From Cellvibrionaceae bacterium (GTDB lineage Bacteria > Pseudomonadota > Gammaproteobacteria > Pseudomonadales > Cellvibrionaceae): 64,000 bases of DNA. Made by a program: the position numbers and the translations under genes. Shown here in pieces: positions 1-12,479 of this stretch; the first letter of the stretch is position 1, and every line of letters starts with the position of its first letter. The notes beneath the pieces are model-generated. The model was given only the letters and a program-made list of their open reading frames with translations, had not been told where the DNA came from and did not search any database. The DNA is taken from the NCBI GenBank assembly GCA_965248935.1, contig OZ252214.1, positions 2,097,874 through 2,161,873 on the forward strand. Reading direction: 5' to 3'.

Positions 1-654
1 GTGAATATCCATCAACATCATTGTCACCACACTGGCAAGTACTGGCATAACGGCAATAAGCAAGTAGGCCGTAATTAACCATGTCCATACGAACAGTGGC
101 ATTTTCATTAGGGTCATACCCGGCGCACGCATATTCAAAATGGTGGCGATGATATTAATGGAGCCCATAATGGAGCTTGCCCCCATGATATGCACAGCAA
201 AGATGAAGAAGGTCACCGATGGAGGGGCATAGGTTGTGGAGAGTGGCGCGTAGAATGTCCAACCGAAGTTAGGACCGCCACCTTCCATAAACAGGGTGGA
301 TGCCATCATTGTAAACGCAAATGGCAATATCCAGAAACTCCAGTTGTTCATACGTGGCAACGCCATATCAGGCGCACCAATCATGAGCGGAATCATCCAG
401 TTTGCCAAACCAACAAAGGCCGGCATCACCGCACCAAATACCATCACCAAGCCATGCATGGTGGTCATTTGGTTAAAAAACTCGGGTTCTACTATCTGCA
501 AACCCGGTTGAAATAGTTCTGCCCGAATAACCAGAGCAAAAAAACCGCCAAGAAAAAACATGGCGAAACTAAACCATAGGTACATACTACCTATGTCTTT
601 GTGGTTAGTTGTATATAACCAACGGCTTAACCCTTTCGCAGGACCATGTGCCAT
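1..654 (-). CDS. coxA: Cytochrome c oxidase subunit I, N-terminal part. The gene runs off the window start; the start codon is at 652-654.
   Basis: Minus-strand translation from ATG(654) reads MAHGPAKGLSRWLYTTNHKDIGSMYLWFSFAMFFLGG..., a typical CoxA/CtaD N-terminus. It lies immediately downstream of coxB with a 12-bp gap. It is absent from the ORF track because it is partial. Confidence 0.85.
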   Translation of the reverse strand, partial: MAHGPAKGLSRWLYTTNHKDIGSMYLWFSFAMFFLGGFFALVIRAELFQPGLQIVEPEFFNQMTTMHGLVMVFGAVMPAFVGLANWMIPLMIGAPDMALPRMNNWSFWILPFAFTMMASTLFMEGGGPNFGWTFYAPLSTTYAPPSVTFFIFAVHIMGASSIMGSINIIATILNMRAPGMTLMKMPLFVWTWLITAYLLIAVMPVLASVVTMMLMDIH

Positions 655-666
655 GATACGCGCCCC

Positions 667-1806
667 CTATTGGCCTTGCTTGAAATTCACAACGTCGATT
701 GGCTGGACTTGGTCGCCCATATTATTGCCAAAAGCGTTACGTTGATAAGTGATAACCGCAGCAGTTTCCACTGGAGTAAGCTGCTCGGCAAATGCCTGCA
801 TCGCCGTTCCTGGGACACCATTTAGGACCACACCCAGGTGACCAGAAAGTTCTCCCGTAGCGACAGCGCTTCCAGCAATGGCTGGGAAAGCACCCGCAAT
901 ACCTTTACCGTCAACTTGGTGGCACGCTGCACAACGACCGTTGTAAACCTCTTCACCTTGAGCATAAAGCTCATCGAAAGTAAGTGTTTGCTTAGCCGCT
1001 TCTGCAATTGCCAAAGCTTGAGTTTTCTTCCCACCAATCCAGGCATCGTAGTCTTCTTGGCTGACTACGTGAACTTCGATGGGCATAAAACCGTGATCTT
1101 TACCACACAACTCAGCACATTGCCCACGGTATACACCTGGGATATCCACTTTGGTCCAAGCTGCGTTTACGTATCCGGGAATAGCATCGCGCTTAACCGC
1201 CAGATCGGGCACCCACCAACTGTGGATAACATCTGCGGCAGTCACGAGGAAGCGAACTTTTTTACCGGCAGGAATAATCAGTGGCTCGTCTACATCGAGA
1301 AGGTAATCTTCTGATTTAGGCTCGCCGTTATAGATTTGTTCTTTCGAAGCATCATTTAGATTGGAGAAGAAACTAACGTCTTGACCAAGATATTCGTATT
1401 TCCACTTCCACTGATATCCTGTGATTAAAATTTCTAGCTCCGAGCCTGAATCATCGTAAATCTTTTTAAGAGTAGAAGTAGCTGGAACCGCCATTCCAAT
1501 CAGAATCAGTGCTGGAATAATTGTCCAGACTAGCTCAAGCACTGTGCTTTCATGAAAGTTTGATGCCTTTGCACCACGCGACTTTCTATGCACAAACATG
1601 CTGTAAAACATGACGCCAAATACCAGTAGACCTATTGCACAGCAGATCCAGAAAATCAGCATGTGTAGGTCATAGACGTCTTTACTTACAGATGTTACGC
1701 CCTCGGTCATATTCAACTGCCATTCAGACGCACTCGCTAGTACAGGTAATAACCCTATAGCTGACGTGAATAGCAGAGCGAGCGACCGCTTGGAAATACT
1801 TAACAT
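667..1806 (-). CDS. coxB: Cytochrome c oxidase subunit II with a C-terminal mono-haem cytochrome c domain.
   Basis: 379-aa ORF with a signal/TM N-terminus, the CuA-site motif HSWWVPD...CAELCG..H, and a C-terminal CAACH haem-binding motif. Confidence 0.9.
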   Translation of the reverse strand: MLSISKRSLALLFTSAIGLLPVLASASEWQLNMTEGVTSVSKDVYDLHMLIFWICCAIGLLVFGVMFYSMFVHRKSRGAKASNFHESTVLELVWTIIPALILIGMAVPATSTLKKIYDDSGSELEILITGYQWKWKYEYLGQDVSFFSNLNDASKEQIYNGEPKSEDYLLDVDEPLIIPAGKKVRFLVTAADVIHSWWVPDLAVKRDAIPGYVNAAWTKVDIPGVYRGQCAELCGKDHGFMPIEVHVVSQEDYDAWIGGKKTQALAIAEAAKQTLTFDELYAQGEEVYNGRCAACHQVDGKGIAGAFPAIAGSAVATGELSGHLGVVLNGVPGTAMQAFAEQLTPVETAAVITYQRNAFGNNMGDQVQPIDVVNFKQGQ

Positions 1807-2148
1807 CGCCCCATCTCCGTTAATGTTTATTAGAGTTTCTATTTTTTATTGGTCATTTCACCGTTGTACTGAATCGCAATGGCACTAAACCGCATAAGCT
1901 GTGCTAAATCGCACAAAAACAGCCATAGCATACAACGGCGCCCCCCCAAATAACGATCAAATACTGATCGGCAGCGTGCGCTAGACGCACAAAAGGGTGC
2001 GGCATTCTGTCGCTGCGGCGTATTATAGGGAGGTTTGGATAGAAAGTAAGTGTTTTAATGCGTGCAGGCCCATAATTAACCGATAGCGACAACACCATAG
2101 GGCAAATATTACACACCACAGCCTATATCACATCAGAAACCCACAACC

Positions 2149-3480
2149 ATGAAACAGATTGCTGCGTTAAAAAGCCTGCCTCACCAAGAAGCCTATCGGC
2201 TGGCTTGGCCGATGATTCTCAGTAACCTCTCCATACCTTTATTTGGGTTAGCGGATACGGCCATGCTAGGCCACCTCGATGAATCCGTTTACCTTGGTGC
2301 CGCTGCGGTTGGCACCAATATTTTGGCATTTGTGTATTGGATCTTTGCTTTTCTACGTATGGGGACAACGAGTATTATCGGACGAGCTTTGGGCGCCAAG
2401 GATCACAGCTCGATTATCGATCAACTTTTCAGCTATTTAATAGTAGCAATGTTTATCGCCCTATCTCTTATCCTCAGCCAGAACATTATTTTGCCTTTTG
2501 GTGTCGCGCTTGTTGCGCCTGCGGGGGGCCTCTCGGATCTAGCCCTAGAATATTGCCAAATTCGAATTTTCGGCGCTCCGGCAGTTTTGCTTACCTTTGT
2601 TTTAATCGGCTGGTTTATAGGGCTGCAAAACACCCGCTTTCCACTGGCCATTGTGCTCACCTCTAACCTTGTCAATATAGGTTTGGATTACCTATTTATT
2701 GTCATCTTTGATTGGAAAACCGCAGGAGCAGCTTATGCGACACTACTTGCAGAGTATCTTGGGCTCGCTATCGCCATTGCCTTAGCTGCGCGCCAAATGG
2801 GTCTCCTTGCCTTACCCTCCCCACACTGGCCTTCCATATTTAACATTCGCAAGTGGAAAGCCATATTCGTCTACAACTCTGATCTCTTTCTTCGCACCTG
2901 CGCTCTGCTTTTTGCCTTTAACTTTTTTACCGCCCAGGGCGCAGCACAGGGAACCGACATACTCGCTGCCAATGCTGCGCTTATGCAAATTGGCCTATTT
3001 ATTGCGTTTGGCTTGGATGGATATGCTCATGCCGCCGAAGCCATGGTATCGAAAGCATTGGGGGCGAAAAATCCTCAAGCCTTCTTTGATGCCTGTAAAG
3101 CAACCACATTTTGGGCTTTTGTTATCGCCTGCGGGTTTACACTGTTTTTTATCCTATTTAAACACCCATTGGTTCATTTACTGACAGACATCGAACAAGT
3201 CAGACCCATAGTCAACCAATATTATATATGGGTATGCCTGCTCCCTTTAGTAAGTGTTTGGTGCTACATGCTCGATGGAATTTTTATCGGCAGCGGTAAA
3301 ACAACCCTGCTACGCAATTGGATGCTATTGGCTGTATTCGGTATATACATACCATTTAGTTGGATATTTCGAGGATATGGCAACCACGGACTCTGGGCGA
3401 GCTTTATTTTGTTCAATTTATTTCGTAGCGCTTCTTTAGCGGCTGTCTATTGGCAACAGACTTTTCGTAACAACTGGTAA
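2149..3480 (+). CDS. MATE family efflux transporter (DinF/NorM-like).
   Basis: 443 aa, 12-TM-like hydrophobic profile. The N-terminus AWPMILSNLSIPLFGLADTAMLGHL is a typical MATE signature. Confidence 0.85.
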   Translation: MKQIAALKSLPHQEAYRLAWPMILSNLSIPLFGLADTAMLGHLDESVYLGAAAVGTNILAFVYWIFAFLRMGTTSIIGRALGAKDHSSIIDQLFSYLIVAMFIALSLILSQNIILPFGVALVAPAGGLSDLALEYCQIRIFGAPAVLLTFVLIGWFIGLQNTRFPLAIVLTSNLVNIGLDYLFIVIFDWKTAGAAYATLLAEYLGLAIAIALAARQMGLLALPSPHWPSIFNIRKWKAIFVYNSDLFLRTCALLFAFNFFTAQGAAQGTDILAANAALMQIGLFIAFGLDGYAHAAEAMVSKALGAKNPQAFFDACKATTFWAFVIACGFTLFFILFKHPLVHLLTDIEQVRPIVNQYYIWVCLLPLVSVWCYMLDGIFIGSGKTTLLRNWMLLAVFGIYIPFSWIFRGYGNHGLWASFILFNLFRSASLAAVYWQQTFRNNW

Positions 3481-3800
3481 CATCTTTTATAGTGAAAAAC
3501 AGCGTTTAGTGAACTATATTTCTAATGACTATTGGCAATTATTAGCAACTATATGGAAAGATCGTTGTATATAATTTAGCGATAAACAATGAGAAGCATT
3601 GGCCGTTAGCATTAGACTGCATATAAAACATCCGCTCTTTAGTTTTTTATATACTATCGCCTTGTATTTACTGTAAGTTGGTTTACTTTACAGTCATAAC
3701 CCTGTGGATATATCACAACAGCATATAGGCCATATTCGTTTTTATTTCTACAGGTTTCGGGGCGAACGCATAATTCGCGCTGTTCTTTGCGTTCGTTATT

Positions 3801-4487
3801 TTGTTGGTTATGTTAGAGAAAAGAGTTTTGCAAATCCGGGAATCTATTGCTGTCGCTCAGAAGTCTGAGTCTGAATCGCATTCTCTCCAATGTTTTTTGG
3901 AAGCACGGCTACCTGTACTCCATCATATTATTTCGCTGCCCGATAAAAATGCATCGAATACGCTTTTGAAATTTGTTACTAAATATATTGAGCATGTACC
4001 TGATTTTGTAGAAGCCTTAACAGATATCACTCGCTCTGCGGGCATCTATCAATACACTGAGCAATTCATCCATATTGCCGAAGATTATTTTATTCAGCCG
4101 CCTGAGTTAGCCACCAAACATTCTGGAATGCACGCGCTAATTGATGAAGCCTACCTCGCCCACAGGCTAATGGAAGAAGTCAATGATCGAGTTATGATGG
4201 CCTGCGGTCAACCACTTTCCCCCATGGACATGACACTTTCCAATATTATTGTGCATGATATTCTTGGAGATGAATTTGCAAATCAATTAGATTTAGCGGT
4301 ACATTATTCCATAGAAGCCTTATTCGAAACCAAAGATTTTTTACAAAACTCTGATTTCCAATCCTATCTAGAACAACACCAACTAAAAGGCTGGGGGAAA
4401 GAAATTAATAAGTGGCCTTGCCTTGCCGGAGACTCATCAATTAGTTTAAATTTAGCCAATTCTATTCTTTCCAAAAATCACCACTAA
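3801..4487 (+). CDS. Hypothetical protein.
   Basis: 228-aa ORF with normal codon usage and no recognisable motif. Confidence 0.4.
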   Translation: MLVMLEKRVLQIRESIAVAQKSESESHSLQCFLEARLPVLHHIISLPDKNASNTLLKFVTKYIEHVPDFVEALTDITRSAGIYQYTEQFIHIAEDYFIQPPELATKHSGMHALIDEAYLAHRLMEEVNDRVMMACGQPLSPMDMTLSNIIVHDILGDEFANQLDLAVHYSIEALFETKDFLQNSDFQSYLEQHQLKGWGKEINKWPCLAGDSSISLNLANSILSKNHH

Positions 4488-4756
4488 ATTAGCGTGAAAC
4501 GTCTGACGTTTCACGCCTCGACCACCTCAATCAATTTTTGTGTACAGTTTTTTATCGCGTACCACATTCGAATTTACTCTATTAGTTTCTACAAGCACTC
4601 CTAACTCATTGAGGCCAGACAACCATTAAACGTCATATCTATACTGGTTTAAACTTGTATTCTATAAAAATCATAAAATACGACCATGTATAAACAGCAC
4701 AAAAAGATCCACTTTTTTAAAAATCAATAATAAAAATAATAGTTAAAGAGAAAACA

Positions 4757-6844
4757 ATGCAAATAAAATACCTAAGTTCCTTTTTTATAATCACCTTTCT
4801 ATCCGCTTATGCTAATGCAGCAACCAAGATAGATTTACGCAATAGCGGCATTATAAAAGATGTCCAGTCCAGTCAGTCTATACGAGGTACCAAACCTTCT
4901 TTAGCAGAGTCTATTGGATTAAGCAGTAACAACCAACTTGTTTTAGAGCGAACAAGACAAGACCCGATTACCCACTTAACCCACAGCAGATATATACAAG
5001 TTTACAAAGATATTCCTATTTGGGGGGCACGGGTTCTCACAACAAAAAATGCCCATCGCTCGCTCAGTATGCTGCATGGAAATGCTATTGGCGGATTGGA
5101 TGTTGATATACAGGATACAACCCCCTCTTATTCCAGCGCTGAGGCCCTGCAAAAAACCAAACAATCTCATACTAATCAAATAGATGCTTCAGCAAGCTGG
5201 AAGTTTGACAGTGAATCCAGCGAACTTGTTATTTATGTCGATGATAAGGGCACATCCTATTTAGCCTATGCCGTTTCATTTTTTGCAGATGCGCCTGATG
5301 GTGGCCGCGCAACGCGCCCCACGTATATTTTGGACGCAAAAACAGGTGAGCAAATACACTTTTTCGAGGGCCTGACAACGGCTAAAGAAGGTACAGGGCC
5401 TGGGGGCAACGAAAAAATAGGCCGCTACAATTATGGTATTGATTTTGACAAATTTGACGTCACCATTAACGGCAATACCTACACCATGGAAAACGATAAG
5501 GTTAAAACCGTCGATTTAAAGCATGGTAGTGAACATAGCGAACAAGCCTATTCATATGAAGGACCAGAAAACACCCACAAAAGTATTAATGGTGCTTATT
5601 CACCACTTAACGATGCCCATTTTTTTGGTGGTGTCATCTTTGACATGTATAAAGACTGGTACAACGCAAGCCCATTAACCTTTAAGTTAGCCATGAAAGT
5701 GCATTACAAAAGCAATTATCAAAATGCTTTCTGGAATGGAAGAGCAATGGTTTTTGGTGACGGAGGAAGTGCAATTTACCCGTTGGTTAGCCTGGACGTT
5801 TCAGCCCACGAAGTAAGCCATGGCTTTACCCAACAAAATTCGGACCTTATATACGAAAATCAATCCGGTGGCATTAATGAATCCTTTTCGGATATGGCCG
5901 GTGAAGCCGCAAAATTTTATCTACGCGGAAGCAACGACTGGCTGCTGGGCCACGATATATCGAAAAACGGAGATGCTTTTCGATACTTTGCAGACCCAAC
6001 ACGCGATGGAGTTTCCGCTGGCCACGTCAATGACTATTATAGCGGCATGAACGTCCACCATAGTAGTGGTGTATTCAACAAAGCATTTTATCTGATAGCC
6101 ACCAGCCCAGGATGGGATACGCGAAAAGCGTTTGATGTTTTTGTACTTGCAAACCAAAACTATTGGGGGCCACGCTCTAACTTTCAACAAGCTGCGCAAG
6201 GTGCATACGATGCCGCACAAAGCCTAAACTACACTTTAGCTGACGTAGCCAATGCCTTTGCCAAAGTCGGAATCACCATTACTGACAACGGTGGCGGCTC
6301 TTCTTCAAGCTCGTCCTCTAGCAGCTCGTCCACAAGTGCTTCCAGCAGTTCAACAGGCTCATCCTCTAGCAGTTCTGGCGGGGAATGTACTGGAACCCGC
6401 GCGCCTCAATACAGTGCGGGTACAAGCTATAAGGCAGGTCAATATGTTTCTAACCTAGGCAAAGAATATCGCTGTGATATTTCTAGTTGGTGTTCTTCCT
6501 CTGCTGCCTGGGCTTACGAACCTGGTGCCGGACTCTATTGGTCCACGGCTTGGCTCGAATCTGAAGAAGACTGCCCAAACCCTTCCAGTTCCAGCAGCAG
6601 CTCGTCATCAACGAGTTCATCCAGTAGTAGCAGTTCTTCATCTTCCAGCTCATCGTCAAGTAGTAGTTCAGGCGGTACAGACTGCACCTCTCCCACTTGG
6701 GGCGCATCATTGGTATATACGGGAGGCGACCTAGTCCAATACGAAGGAACGGAATATAACGCGCAATGGTGGAACCAAAATCAAAACCCTGCGCAAAACT
6801 CTGGACAATGGGAAGTTTGGCGTGTTGTTAAGACTTGTAACTAA
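4757..6844 (+). CDS. Secreted M4 (thermolysin-like) zinc metalloprotease precursor with two C-terminal CBM5/12-like carbohydrate (chitin)-binding modules joined by poly-Ser linkers.
   Basis: Signal peptide [29 protein letters not shown] (HExxH) with downstream GGINESFSD (the Glu ligand). Two ~50-aa modules with the W/Y pattern ...YxAGxYVxNxGKEYRC...W...P and ...[12 protein letters not shown]...WEVW. Runs of 10 to more than 20 Ser separate the domains. Good RBS AAAGAGAAAACAATG. Confidence 0.9.
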   Translation: MQIKYLSSFFIITFLSAYANAATKIDLRNSGIIKDVQSSQSIRGTKPSLAESIGLSSNNQLVLERTRQDPITHLTHSRYIQVYKDIPIWGARVLTTKNAHRSLSMLHGNAIGGLDVDIQDTTPSYSSAEALQKTKQSHTNQIDASASWKFDSESSELVIYVDDKGTSYLAYAVSFFADAPDGGRATRPTYILDAKTGEQIHFFEGLTTAKEGTGPGGNEKIGRYNYGIDFDKFDVTINGNTYTMENDKVKTVDLKHGSEHSEQAYSYEGPENTHKSINGAYSPLNDAHFFGGVIFDMYKDWYNASPLTFKLAMKVHYKSNYQNAFWNGRAMVFGDGGSAIYPLVSLDVSAHEVSHGFTQQNSDLIYENQSGGINESFSDMAGEAAKFYLRGSNDWLLGHDISKNGDAFRYFADPTRDGVSAGHVNDYYSGMNVHHSSGVFNKAFYLIATSPGWDTRKAFDVFVLANQNYWGPRSNFQQAAQGAYDAAQSLNYTLADVANAFAKVGITITDNGGGSSSSSSSSSSSTSASSSSTGSSSSSSGGECTGTRAPQYSAGTSYKAGQYVSNLGKEYRCDISSWCSSSAAWAYEPGAGLYWSTAWLESEEDCPNPSSSSSSSSSTSSSSSSSSSSSSSSSSSSSGGTDCTSPTWGASLVYTGGDLVQYEGTEYNAQWWNQNQNPAQNSGQWEVWRVVKTCN

Positions 6845-6871
6845 ACCTTAGCTTTCCCATTAAAGCTCTAG

Positions 6872-6910
6872 TAAAACCCTGATTTTATTCAAATCAGGGT
6901 TTTACTGTAT
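6872..6910 (+). terminator. Rho-independent terminator after protease gene 1.
   Basis: Perfect 13-bp inverted repeat AAAACCCTGATTT / AAATCAGGGTTTT with a 5-nt loop, followed by a T-rich tail. Confidence 0.6.
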
Positions 6911-7361
6911 CAAGTAATATCTAAAAATATAACGGTTAGCTTTCAGAATATATTGCAATAATTGCAGCTCAACTTATTCAGATTCAAACCCAGGGACCTA
7001 ATAGAACACCTAGAGCATCTTGCGAGAAAACCACCTCTATATAATGAAAATCCAGTCAGTTAGGTTTATATTGGAGTAAAGATTATGCACAGCTATACAT
7101 AGCTGTGCGCTTAAACTTAAATAACCCCGTTCTCTTTCTACGAAACTTTGTTTGCAAGCAGACGTTTTACTCCTAACTCTCCTCAGTTAATTTTTAAAAA
7201 AATTTTTTAAATACGATTTTAATCAAATTTTCCATATTTACTTTTGAAAATACCCTTCTATTTGCTGAGGTTTTATTATTTTTGGCCGTCGTTTCTATAT
7301 TGCACATAATAAATACATAAGCTAATAACATAAGTAGTGCAATAATCAAATAGAATAATAA

Positions 7362-9644
<2,283 letters not shown>

Positions 9645-9673
9645 CTCTTAGCTTCCTGTTCAACCCTCTCGTT

Positions 9674-9710
9674 AAGCCTTGACTTTATTTAAAGTCAAGG
9701 CTTTTATTTT
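9674..9710 (+). terminator. Rho-independent terminator after protease gene 2.
   Basis: Inverted repeat AGCCTTGACTTTA / TAAAGTCAAGGCT followed by TTTTATTTT. Confidence 0.6.
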
Positions 9711-9851
9711 GCCACACGCTTTACCTTAGAAAAATCGTTTCATACAATCCAATTATTGCACAACAAGCATCTCTAATTAAAACAACCCGGTTTACCCCCA
9801 AATCCGAGAGGAGTAAAATGCGCTTACGGTTTAGACTATGAGACATACACA

Positions 9852-10388
9852 ATGAAATCCCTTCAAGATCAATTGCTCAACGCGGGCCTAGTGGACAAAC
9901 AATCTGTTAAGCAGGTTAATAAAGAAAAGCGTAAACAAGCAAAGGTTCAACGGCGGTCTAAAGAGGAGTGTGTGGATGAAACCAAACTTCAAGCACAACT
10001 AAACAGACAGCAAAAAGCCGAACGAGACAGAGAACTCAACAAAGAAAGGGACGGGAAGGCCGAGAAAAAAGCCATAGCCGCTCAAATTAAACAACTTATT
10101 CACACTAATAGCATCGACCACAAAGGCGACATTGAATATAACTTTACGGACGGCAGTAAGGTTAAAAAGATCTTAGTGAACAGCAACATGCAACGTCAGT
10201 TAATTTCCGGGCGGCTCACCATTGTCAAACTGGGCGAAAACTACCATATAGTGGTAAACCAAGTTGCAGATAAAATTGCACAACGCAATACCGATTACAT
10301 TATTGTCGCCAATACCCAAACCGATGATACCCTTGAGGAAGATGACCCCTACGCAGATTATCAAATACCGGATGATTTAATGTGGTAG
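9852..10388 (+). CDS. DUF2058 family protein (E. coli YaiL-like).
   Basis: 178 aa. The N-terminus LQDQLLNAGLV and the C-terminal ...DDPYADYQIPDDLMW match my recollection of YaiL (..DDPYADFKVPDDLMW). Confidence 0.75.
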   Translation: MKSLQDQLLNAGLVDKQSVKQVNKEKRKQAKVQRRSKEECVDETKLQAQLNRQQKAERDRELNKERDGKAEKKAIAAQIKQLIHTNSIDHKGDIEYNFTDGSKVKKILVNSNMQRQLISGRLTIVKLGENYHIVVNQVADKIAQRNTDYIIVANTQTDDTLEEDDPYADYQIPDDLMW

Positions 10389-10425
10389 CTCTTAATTAGT
10401 GACCGTGCTTAATAAGTAAGCGCCC

Positions 10426-11034
10426 TTAGCAAGCCTTATTAAAAACCAATAAATGGTTATTCGCAGGTAAATCACTTTTCTCCGTAAGAGTGAAACCTGC
10501 GGCCTCGGCTAATGCAAGAATTTTTTCAAAATCTCGAATCCCTTGATATTCTGCTCGCTGTTTTAACCAACTATCAAAATTGGCATTACTTGGCGTAGTA
10601 AACGCACCATTAAATTTAAGCGGGCCATAAAGGGCAATAATCGATAGGTTAATAAGCTGACTAAACCCGACAAACATCTTCTCAACCGCCTGCCAAGGCA
10701 TAATATGACAAGTATTGGCAGAATAAACACAATCTATTTTTTCCGGTTGAGCCAGCCCCCATACCGGGGAAGTAACATCTAACTCAACAGGGCGGTGAAG
10801 ATTTCCCCCATGGCTTTCATCAATCCACCGATTTATTCCATCGTGATGTTCAACTAAGTCACTGGTATACCATTGGACATAGGGCAATACCTGTGAAAAA
10901 TATACGCCATGCTGACCTGTCCCACTGCCAATTTCCAGCAGATTTACCCCCTTTTCCGCAGGCAATATACGCCGTAAAACAGCTAAAATGGGGTCTCGAT
11001 TATTTTCACAGGCTTGAGAGAAAGGTTTAATCAT
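10426..11034 (-). CDS. DUF938 family protein (class I SAM-methyltransferase-like fold).
   Basis: 202 aa. The N-terminus MIKPFSQACENNRDPIL and the LLEIGSGTGQH glycine-rich motif match DUF938. Confidence 0.65.
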   Translation of the reverse strand: MIKPFSQACENNRDPILAVLRRILPAEKGVNLLEIGSGTGQHGVYFSQVLPYVQWYTSDLVEHHDGINRWIDESHGGNLHRPVELDVTSPVWGLAQPEKIDCVYSANTCHIMPWQAVEKMFVGFSQLINLSIIALYGPLKFNGAFTTPSNANFDSWLKQRAEYQGIRDFEKILALAEAAGFTLTEKSDLPANNHLLVFNKAC

Positions 11035-11086
11035 ATTTATCGGTAAGAGTGAATACCCCTTAAATAGTATCTATTAAAAACAAGCG

Positions 11087-11530
11087 TTAAGAATCTTGAG
11101 CAATATGCTTTAACAGTTCAACCACCTGGCTTGGCGTCTGCGCCCAAGCCATTGCAGCCCCATCCACTTCTTTTAACGCATGAACACTATGCTCATCGTG
11201 CAAAGTAATATAGGGTTTACCTAAAGCCGCACAAAACCCCGCATCAAAGGCTGCATTCCATTGCTTGTATTTATCCCCAAAGCGAATAACTGCAAGATCA
11301 CACTGCTCAAGATACGTTTTGATACGAATACCATTAACCTTTGCAGATTTATGATCCCGCCAAAACCCTTTTTCTTCGTGCCCCAATACATCTCCAGCAG
11401 CATCACTTTTATCATGCTCAGTAATAGGCGAATAAAAAATAATGGGGAGGTTATACTCTATCGCTTTCGCTTTTATTTGTTCTCGCCAATCTGAGTGTAT
11501 TTCACCGGATAAATAGATTTTCCAATTCAT
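11087..11530 (-). CDS. ytoQ: YtoQ family protein (nucleoside 2-deoxyribosyltransferase-like), intact copy. The tracked ORF extends to 11563; the conserved N-terminus starts at the MNWKIYLSGEIH Met.
   Basis: YLSGEIHSDWREQIK ... FYSPITEHDKSD ... GDKYKQWNAAFDAGFCAALGKPYITL is characteristic of YtoQ. Confidence 0.7.
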   Translation of the reverse strand: MNWKIYLSGEIHSDWREQIKAKAIEYNLPIIFYSPITEHDKSDAAGDVLGHEEKGFWRDHKSAKVNGIRIKTYLEQCDLAVIRFGDKYKQWNAAFDAGFCAALGKPYITLHDEHSVHALKEVDGAAMAWAQTPSQVVELLKHIAQDS

Positions 11531-11602
11531 GGGTATTCGTATATTCATATTTATACCATTCAATATTCAAAATTAGGTTTCCTTATTTTCCCCTTCCCTT
11601 AT

Positions 11603-12175
11603 TTACAGTGCCGCTTCTTGCAAACTATAAAACTCAAGGTCATCACCATAGCCTTTATCCATTAACGCATCGCGTAAAGACTGATGAACTAATATGGCAT
11701 TGCTGGACTCCGCCAAGCGAAACATTTTAATACCGCGTGTTTTCTTTTCATCTATCACCAATTCATCAAAATCAACATCGATAAGAGGCACACCTTCATG
11801 GACGGTGGCTGTAGATTTTTCCATATCCGCCGCAGCAACAAGCCCTAAGATATTTACCGCTTTAAAATTGGTGTGAATACTTCCATCATCTGGGTCTTTA
11901 ATAGCAACATTATAGGCATCAAAATTATACACACCGCAATCTAACAGAGCTTGAATAAAATCACCTCGCCAAAGAGGGGGATTGGTTTCAATAAAAACCC
12001 CCATATATTGATCTTCCGCTGGAGACTCTGGTGTATAAGTATCAAGTAAAAATGGAAGCGGGTCTGGAAGCGGGTCGGTAATCACTGCGCCTTTCCACCA
12101 TGATACACCCGGTATATAGGGAGAGTCCGCTATCCATCGACGTCGCCGCTCACCCGAAGCTAATAAATAGTACAT
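11603..12175 (-). CDS. Putative immunity protein for the AHH-nuclease toxin, orphan copy.
   Basis: The 190-aa ORF is 4 aa different from 16441-17013 and lies directly downstream of the toxin 3' remnant. No family recognised; assigned by position only. Confidence 0.45.
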   Translation of the reverse strand: MYYLLASGERRRRWIADSPYIPGVSWWKGAVITDPLPDPLPFLLDTYTPESPAEDQYMGVFIETNPPLWRGDFIQALLDCGVYNFDAYNVAIKDPDDGSIHTNFKAVNILGLVAAADMEKSTATVHEGVPLIDVDFDELVIDEKKTRGIKMFRLAESSNAILVHQSLRDALMDKGYGDDLEFYSLQEAAL

Positions 12176-12190
12176 AAATTTACCCTATAA

Positions 12191-12424
12191 TTAACCTTGA
12201 TGCTCTTCTTCAATCATATACATTTTCACAAATCTGGATGTAAAAATATTCTTTTTCCAATTTATTGTAGGAAAATTAAGCATTCGATTCATTCGACGTG
12301 AAATAGTATTAAGCCTATTGACAATAACAAAAAGAGGTTCCGTTTCTTCTGGAGGTTTTTCTTTTTTTTCAGCTTCTGGACACCAGACTGATTTACCCGC
12401 TTCTAACTTTTCAAAAAGCCACAT
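12191..12424 (-). pseudogene. 3' remnant (last 77 codons) of the AHH-nuclease toxin gene, the orphan C-terminal fragment produced by the duplication.
   Basis: MWLFEKLEAGKSVWCPEAEKKEK... is identical, bar 1 aa, to the C-terminus of ORF 17029-17814. The repeat boundary falls inside the toxin gene, so no AHH motif is present. Confidence 0.55.
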
Positions 12425-12479
12425 GAATAATTGTAGCGAACAAATGAAAAACGCTTAATATGCATCTACTATTTTTGAT

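Larger units (their letters stand above)
11043..12419. repeat. Direct repeat copy 1 (~1.38 kb) containing ytoQ, the 190-aa immunity-like gene and the 3' 234 nt of the AHH-toxin gene.
   Basis: Near-identical, with a handful of SNPs and one 2-nt indel, to 15879-17257. Boundaries read directly: identity begins at GTAAGAGTGAATACC and ends at ...TTTTCAAAAAGC. Confidence 0.85.

Noticed and set aside
190-1314. Plus-strand ORFs (190-516, 296-511, 560-745, 838-1314) overlapping coxA/coxB.
   Set aside because: They are antisense to strongly supported cytochrome oxidase genes and have no motifs. They are spurious.
12361-12370. T8 homopolymers (also 17191-17200 and 20635-20642), considered as phase-variation tracts.
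   Set aside because: They are short, they are Lys or Phe codon runs in coding sequence, and nothing suggests on/off switching. Only the tract in orf153 (48206-48213) is kept as a low-level note.
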